39,193 bases of DNA from positions 1 to 39,193 of IMG/VR virus record IMGVR_UViG_3300016675_000014; one strand, given 5' to 3'. The position numbers were made by a program, and so were the translations under genes. The notes under the pieces were generated by a model. It saw nothing but the letters and a program-made list of their open reading frames with translations. It had not been told where the DNA came from and ran no database searches. This stretch comes from a virus (taxonomy: Duplodnaviria; Caudoviricetes). Of this stretch, positions 33,946 through 39,193 are shown piece by piece; the first letter of the stretch is position 1; each line of letters begins with the position of its first letter.

Positions 33946-34602
33946 ATGGCCCTGCCAACATACCTTGAATTGGTTAATGATATTCTTGTTCGCTTACGTG
34001 AACCTGAAGTTACTACTGTCCAAGAGAACGTCTTATCCAAGCTTATTGGTAAGTTGGTTAACGACTCAAAGAGACAAGTAGAGGATGCTTACAGTTGGAA
34101 CTCTTTAACAGACACCTTAGTTATTGAAACCTTAGCTAATACTTATGGCTATGTACTAAACGGCTCTGGTTTGATGTTTAAAGTTATTGATGCTCAAGAC
34201 ATCACCAACAAGAACACTTTACGTAATATCCCTACCCCATTAATGTCTCAGTATCTGTTAGATCAGCCTCAGACGGCTCCTCCGCAGTACTACAACTTCA
34301 ACGGCGTAGATATTACCTCAGGTGACACTAAAGTAGACTTCTATCCCATTCCTCCTGCAGGTTTGACTTTATACTTTAACTTGTATATTCCTCAGCCTGA
34401 TTTGTCTGCTGATTCCGACAAACTCTTAACTCCTAAGAATCCTGTGGTGTTAGGTGCTTTAGCTCGTGCACTGGTGGAGCGTGGTGAAGACGGTGGTTTA
34501 AATAGCTCTGAAGCCTATGGCCTGTATCGCGCTGCTCTGGCTGATGCGATTGCAGTTGAGAGTTCTCGCTTTATCGAGGAAGAGACTTGGGAGGCTGTGT
34601 AA
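33946..34602 (+). CDS. Head-tail adaptor / tail tubular protein A-like
   Basis: TYLELVNDILVRLRE, VEDAYSW, FYPIP, ERGEDGG; size and position fit. Confidence 0.7.
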   Translation: MALPTYLELVNDILVRLREPEVTTVQENVLSKLIGKLVNDSKRQVEDAYSWNSLTDTLVIETLANTYGYVLNGSGLMFKVIDAQDITNKNTLRNIPTPLMSQYLLDQPQTAPPQYYNFNGVDITSGDTKVDFYPIPPAGLTLYFNLYIPQPDLSADSDKLLTPKNPVVLGALARALVERGEDGGLNSSEAYGLYRAALADAIAVESSRFIEEETWEAV

Positions 34603-34605
34603 ACG

Positions 34606-36150
34606 ATGGCCCAACAGATTCAAACGTATTCCATCACAGCTCCGGGCTTCTTCGGATTGAATACTCAGGATAGCTCACTGGACTTAGCCTCTGGCTTTGC
34701 TCTAGTGGCTAATAATTGTGTTATTGACAAATATGGTCGTATTGGTGCTCGTAAAGGATGGCAAGCAAAGCACTCTACGTTAGGTGCTCTGGGTACTGCT
34801 GATGTTAAGATGATTGCTCAGTTGTTGACTGAAGCAGGTATTCAGTACACGGTAGCTGCAGGTAATAACAAACTGTTTAAGCTCTCCGGTGGTGTTCTGT
34901 CTGAACTGACCTACGGAGGCGGTGGCGTAGCTCCTACGATTACAGACAGTAACTGGCAAGCAGCTTCTTTAAATGGTATCTTGTATCTGTTCCAGAGCGG
35001 GCACGATCCTTTGGTATTTGATCCTGCTTTAAGCACTACAGAGTATCGCAGAGCTTCTGAGCACGCAGGCTACACGGGAACTGTATTAGCTGGTGACTGT
35101 GCTATCTCTGCTTTTGGACGTATCTGGACAGCTAACTCTACTACAAACAAAGACACCGTTTACTTCTCTGATCTATTGTCTGGTATGAAATGGTCAGGAG
35201 GTACTTCAGGTTACTTAGATGTCACCCAATACTGGCCTAATGGAGCAGACAACATTACGGCTTTGGCAGCCCATAATAACTATCTGTTTATCTTTGGTCG
35301 TAATAACATTCTTGTCTATGCCAACGCTAATGATCCCTCTAATCTCGTATTATCTGATACAATTACTGGTATTGGATGCATTGCAAGGGACTCTGTGGCT
35401 AACACCGGCTCAGATGTCATCTTCCTCTCCGACACCGGGGTCAGAAGCGTACTGAGGACTATCCAAGAGAAGTCTGCTCCTTTCCGTGACCTGAGTAAGA
35501 ATGTACGTGATGATCTGATGTCTGCTGTGGCTGGTGAAGTAGCTACTACGATCAAATCAGTCTATAGTCCCTTTGACTCATTCTACTTGATTACTCTTCC
35601 TGTGCTTAAGACTGTGTACTGCTTTGACTTAAAAGCTACACTGCAGGATGGTTCGGCTAGGGTAACTACTTGGGACAGCATTCAGCCTAAGAGCTTCTGC
35701 TACGATAATATTAATAAAGAATTATTACTTGGTAAAGCAGGATATATCGCTGAATACACGGGTTATGTAGACAACACAGATTCATATCGCTTTCAGTACT
35801 TTACCAACCACACAGACTTGGGCGCTCCTTCAGTTACTTCGGTGCTTAAGAAGCTATCTGTAGTTGTCATTGGTGGTACAAACCAATATGTTTCTATGAA
35901 GTGGGGTTACGACTTTACTTCAAATTATTACTCTCAAACTGCAAAAATTCCTGAACAAGGGGTTGACTATTACGGCGTAGGAGAGTATAATATAGCTCAG
36001 TATTCTGGCGGTACTGCTCTGCAGACTCTTGTAGCTTATCCTACAGGTGCAGGTAAAGTTATCCAGACAGGTTATGAGGCAGACATCACCGGTGCTCCTT
36101 TGAGTGTCCAGAAGTTGGAACTTCAGGCAAAGCAAGGTAAAATTGTATGA
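34606..36150 (+). CDS. Tail nozzle / DNA stabilisation protein (tubular B or P22 gp10-like)
   Basis: APGFFGLN, TVYFSD, GIGCIARDS, FLSDTGVRS beta-propeller-like motifs. Confidence 0.75.
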   Translation: MAQQIQTYSITAPGFFGLNTQDSSLDLASGFALVANNCVIDKYGRIGARKGWQAKHSTLGALGTADVKMIAQLLTEAGIQYTVAAGNNKLFKLSGGVLSELTYGGGGVAPTITDSNWQAASLNGILYLFQSGHDPLVFDPALSTTEYRRASEHAGYTGTVLAGDCAISAFGRIWTANSTTNKDTVYFSDLLSGMKWSGGTSGYLDVTQYWPNGADNITALAAHNNYLFIFGRNNILVYANANDPSNLVLSDTITGIGCIARDSVANTGSDVIFLSDTGVRSVLRTIQEKSAPFRDLSKNVRDDLMSAVAGEVATTIKSVYSPFDSFYLITLPVLKTVYCFDLKATLQDGSARVTTWDSIQPKSFCYDNINKELLLGKAGYIAEYTGYVDNTDSYRFQYFTNHTDLGAPSVTSVLKKLSVVVIGGTNQYVSMKWGYDFTSNYYSQTAKIPEQGVDYYGVGEYNIAQYSGGTALQTLVAYPTGAGKVIQTGYEADITGAPLSVQKLELQAKQGKIV

Positions 36151-36575
36151 CTTGTGTATGTAAGCGTTGCGGTATTGAGAAACCGCTTAGTGAGTACTAT
36201 AAAACTTCTGATAGAAAATCTGGGCATAAAACAATCTGTAAAGACTGCATCAAAGCAGATCCTCTAACAGAAGAACGAAAAGCAAAGATGAGAGCTTATG
36301 GTAAAGACTATCATCTGAAGACTCAATATAACATGACAAGGGAAGATCATAACAAACTTCTCGTTGCTCAAAACCATAAATGTGCTATTTGTGGAATAGA
36401 CGAAAAAGAAGCCGTGAAGCAAAAACTTTACGTAGATCATTGTCACACTACGGGTAAAGTTAGAGAACTTCTTTGTCATTCTTGCAATGCTGGTTTAGGT
36501 CTTTTAAAAGAATCTATACCTATTCTTGCTAAAGCAATAGCTTACTTAGACAAACATACTAAACAAGGAGAATAA
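36147..36575 (+). CDS. Endonuclease VII-type HNH endonuclease
   Basis: CKRC...CKDC finger; QNHKCAIC; VDHCHTTGKVRELLCHSCNAGLG. Confidence 0.88.
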   Translation: MTCVCKRCGIEKPLSEYYKTSDRKSGHKTICKDCIKADPLTEERKAKMRAYGKDYHLKTQYNMTREDHNKLLVAQNHKCAICGIDEKEAVKQKLYVDHCHTTGKVRELLCHSCNAGLGLLKESIPILAKAIAYLDKHTKQGE

Positions 36576-36577
36576 TC

Positions 36578-37231
36578 TTGTCGGACTACGTAAAAAGCAC
36601 TAACTTTGCCAGTAAAGATTCTTTAGCCATTGGTAATCCTTTAAAGATTGTCAAAGGTACTGAGATTGATACTGAATTCAACAACATTGCTACGGCGGTG
36701 GCTACTAAGGCTGACTTGAATAGTCCTACCTTTATTGGGACGCCTACTACGCCTACTCCTGCTGCTGGAGATAATACAACAAAGATTGCTACTACTGCTT
36801 TTGTGCAGGCTGCTTTGCAAGCAGTCTATCCTGTTGGTTCTGTCTATATCAATGCTACTTCAGCTACTAATCCTGCTACTTTACTTGGTTTTGGTACTTG
36901 GGTAGAGTTTGGTGCTGGTCGTGTTTTAGTTGGTCAGGATGCCTCTGATGCATTGTTTGACACATTGGAAGAGACTGGCGGTAGTAAAGACGCTATTGTT
37001 GTAAGCCACACGCACAGTATCACTGATCCGGGTCACTCCCATACTACTGATGTTTTTGCCACTAACACGGCAGGATCGGGGTTAAACTTAGAAGGCCCTG
37101 CTGTCAACACAGCTACTTCAGGTACGGGAACCTCTACAACAGGAATTAGTATTAACTCCACAGGCTCCTCTGGAACTAACGCTAACGTCCAGCCGTACAT
37201 TGTTGTTAAGATGTGGAAGCGTACTGCGTAA
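36578..37231 (+). CDS. Short tail fibre / tail protein
   Basis: EIDTEFNNI, IATTAFV, YPVGSVYI, GFGTW..FGAGRVLVG, SHTHSITDPGHSH, QPYIVVKMWKRTA; TTG start with SD aaggag. Confidence 0.75.
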   Translation: MSDYVKSTNFASKDSLAIGNPLKIVKGTEIDTEFNNIATAVATKADLNSPTFIGTPTTPTPAAGDNTTKIATTAFVQAALQAVYPVGSVYINATSATNPATLLGFGTWVEFGAGRVLVGQDASDALFDTLEETGGSKDAIVVSHTHSITDPGHSHTTDVFATNTAGSGLNLEGPAVNTATSGTGTSTTGISINSTGSSGTNANVQPYIVVKMWKRTA

Positions 37232-37263
37232 TTGACAGATCAAAGAAAGATTAAGGAATAATT

Positions 37264-38262
37264 ATGGCTCTTTTTGAATCTCTCGTTGGAGGGGCTTTAG
37301 GTCTGTTAGGTGCCAGTAGTCAAGCAGACGCTGCTCAAGCCGCTGCTCAGACTTCTGCTGATGCTCAGTTACAAGCTGCTCGTATTGCTGCTGAAGAGGC
37401 GCGTTTCCGTCCTGTAGGTATCACTACTCGTTTTGGTACTTCTCAGTTTGGTTTTGATGACCAAGGACGTTTATCTAGCGCAGGCTATACTTTAACCCCT
37501 GAGTTAGCTGCTATCCAAGACCGTTTACTGTCTCAAGCAGGTGGTCAAGGTATAGGCGCTACAGAACAGGCTTTGGCTGCTCAGCAGGGCTTATTTAATC
37601 TTGGTCAACAATACCTTGCTCAGTCTCCTGAAGCTGCTTCTCAGCAGTGGCTTGCTTCTCAACAAGCTGCTTTAGCGCCTGCTCGTGAACGTGCTTTGAA
37701 TCAGGTTCGTCAGGGTTTGTTTACTCGTGGTCGTAGCGGCTTAGCTGTCGGTCAAGGTGAAGGGATGCAAGCTGCTAACCCTGAACTGGCTGCTTTCTAC
37801 AACGCACTTGCTCAGCAGGATCTTAACTTGGCTACACAAGCTCAAGAACAAGGACGTGCTCAGACTGAATTTGGTGCTGGCTTGTTTGGTACTGGTGCTA
37901 AGGTTGCTCAGGCAGGCTACAGCCCGTTACAGACACAACTTGGCTTAGGTGAGACAATCGAGAAACTTGGTCAGTCTCCTCTGGACATCGGTGCTCAACT
38001 GGGTGGACGTACTGCTACAGCAGGTGCTACCGCCGGACAAGCACTTCTCCGAGGTGGTTTAGGTGCTGCAGAGACTATGGCTCAAGCCAATGCACTGAGT
38101 CCTTTAGGTTCTAGTTTGATGGGTCTGTCTCGTAATCAGCAGTTTACCTCTGGTTTAGGGAATTGGTTGTCTGGTTTAGGAAGTTCTAGCAGGCCTTTCA
38201 CTGATGTGGGGGGCTTAGGTCAAGCTTCTAATGATGTCCTTGCACAGTGGGGTTTACAATAA
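37264..38262 (+). CDS. Internal virion / DNA pilot-like ejection protein
   Basis: Gly/Ala/Gln-rich 332 aa with hydrophobic GGALGLLGA N-terminus. Confidence 0.6.
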   Translation: MALFESLVGGALGLLGASSQADAAQAAAQTSADAQLQAARIAAEEARFRPVGITTRFGTSQFGFDDQGRLSSAGYTLTPELAAIQDRLLSQAGGQGIGATEQALAAQQGLFNLGQQYLAQSPEAASQQWLASQQAALAPARERALNQVRQGLFTRGRSGLAVGQGEGMQAANPELAAFYNALAQQDLNLATQAQEQGRAQTEFGAGLFGTGAKVAQAGYSPLQTQLGLGETIEKLGQSPLDIGAQLGGRTATAGATAGQALLRGGLGAAETMAQANALSPLGSSLMGLSRNQQFTSGLGNWLSGLGSSSRPFTDVGGLGQASNDVLAQWGLQ

Positions 38263-39193
38263 TGGCAACAGTAGCTGAAAGTTTATTTGGTGTGTCTCCT
38301 GAGTCTCTGATGGCTACACGCGAACAGCGTCTTCAGGAGCAAGCGATGCAGTATGGTCGCATGTCTCCTATTGAGGCTGCTCGTGCTGGTTTTTATGAAG
38401 CAGGCTCTCGCTTAGGAGGTGCTCTTGGTGGCTTGTTAGGTGCTGAAGATCCTGAACTGATGCGTGTTCGTCAGCGTCAACAGCTTCTGCAGGGCATCAA
38501 TCCCGCTGATCCTGCTTCGCTGCGGGCTGCTGCTCAGAAAGCTATGCAAATGGGCGATGTTCAAGCAGCACAGATGCTTACTTCCCGTGCTTTAGAAACT
38601 GAAGGTTCTATGGCTACTGCCGGACTTAAACGAGCACAAGAGGCTAAGGCTCTGATGGGACTCCAGCGAGAAGAAGAACTCCGAGGTGCTTTAGCTGCTC
38701 TTCCTGCTGAAGCTACCGACAAAGATATTGAAGCTGTTGTTCGTCAGTACGGAGATCCAGACAAGATTTTCTCTGTTCTTGAGCGGCGTCAAAAGGCTGA
38801 AGCAGATCGTGCTGCTAAAGCTGAACTGGAGCGTGAGAAACTTGCCCAACGTGAACAAGAATTAGCTTTCCGTCGTGAATTGGCTGCTGGTAATGCTGCT
38901 TTACGCTCTGCTGTTACTGATACTCAACGACAAATCGCTCAGGCTCGTTTAGACGAAATTAAAGCTAAACAAGAAGAAAAAGCAGATAAAAAAGCAGCCG
39001 CTCAAGAGATGGCTGTGAACCACGCAAGTAAAGTTGTCACAGACGTTCAAGAAGCTTCTAATTTAGTTGGTGGAATGACTACCGGCTTAATCGGTAAAGG
39101 ACAATCATTTGTTCCCGGAACTGATGCCTATAACCTTAACCAACGTCTGTTAACTATCAAAGCTAACTTAGGTTTTGATCGTCTTCAGCAGAT
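38262..39193 (+). CDS. 5' part of internal virion/ejection protein (continues at 1..265; 398 aa total)
   Basis: ATG at 38262 overlaps the previous TAA; MATVAESLFGVSPE...LLGAEDPEL; 932 nt plus 265 nt gives 399 codons. Confidence 0.8.
   Translation, partial: MATVAESLFGVSPESLMATREQRLQEQAMQYGRMSPIEAARAGFYEAGSRLGGALGGLLGAEDPELMRVRQRQQLLQGINPADPASLRAAAQKAMQMGDVQAAQMLTSRALETEGSMATAGLKRAQEAKALMGLQREEELRGALAALPAEATDKDIEAVVRQYGDPDKIFSVLERRQKAEADRAAKAELEREKLAQREQELAFRRELAAGNAALRSAVTDTQRQIAQARLDEIKAKQEEKADKKAAAQEMAVNHASKVVTDVQEASNLVGGMTTGLIGKGQSFVPGTDAYNLNQRLLTIKANLGFDRLQQ

Overview
The window is an apparently complete, circularly permuted ~39.2 kb lytic podovirus genome: the ORF starting at 38262 reads in frame across the end/start junction into 1..265. 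It has two convergent arms that meet at a bidirectional terminator (2782-2821). The minus arm (23781 to 2822) carries small early genes, a T7-type replication set (primase-helicase, family A DNA polymerase, SSB, 5'-3' exonuclease, endonuclease I), a C5 methyltransferase, tRNA-Leu(UAA) and nucleotide metabolism genes (ThyX, MazG, metallophosphoesterase, DUF3310, class II RNR, glutaredoxin, PhoH, ClpP-like). The plus arm (24604 to 2777) carries terminase, portal, scaffold, capsid, tail, ejection and lysis genes. No RNA polymerase or integrase is evident, and sigma70-type promoters are present. The layout resembles Zobellviridae/SIO1-like phages (inference). The most notable features are: a DNA polymerase split in two by an intron-less endonuclease gene; an HNH gene that appears to have captured the N-terminus of endonuclease I; a methyltransferase encoded in two overlapping frames; a structured non-coding element between the tRNA and ssb; a gene with two in-frame stops; and a DnaJ-type zinc-finger minigene inserted in the tail-fibre module. 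All calls come from motif recognition by eye, without database searches.
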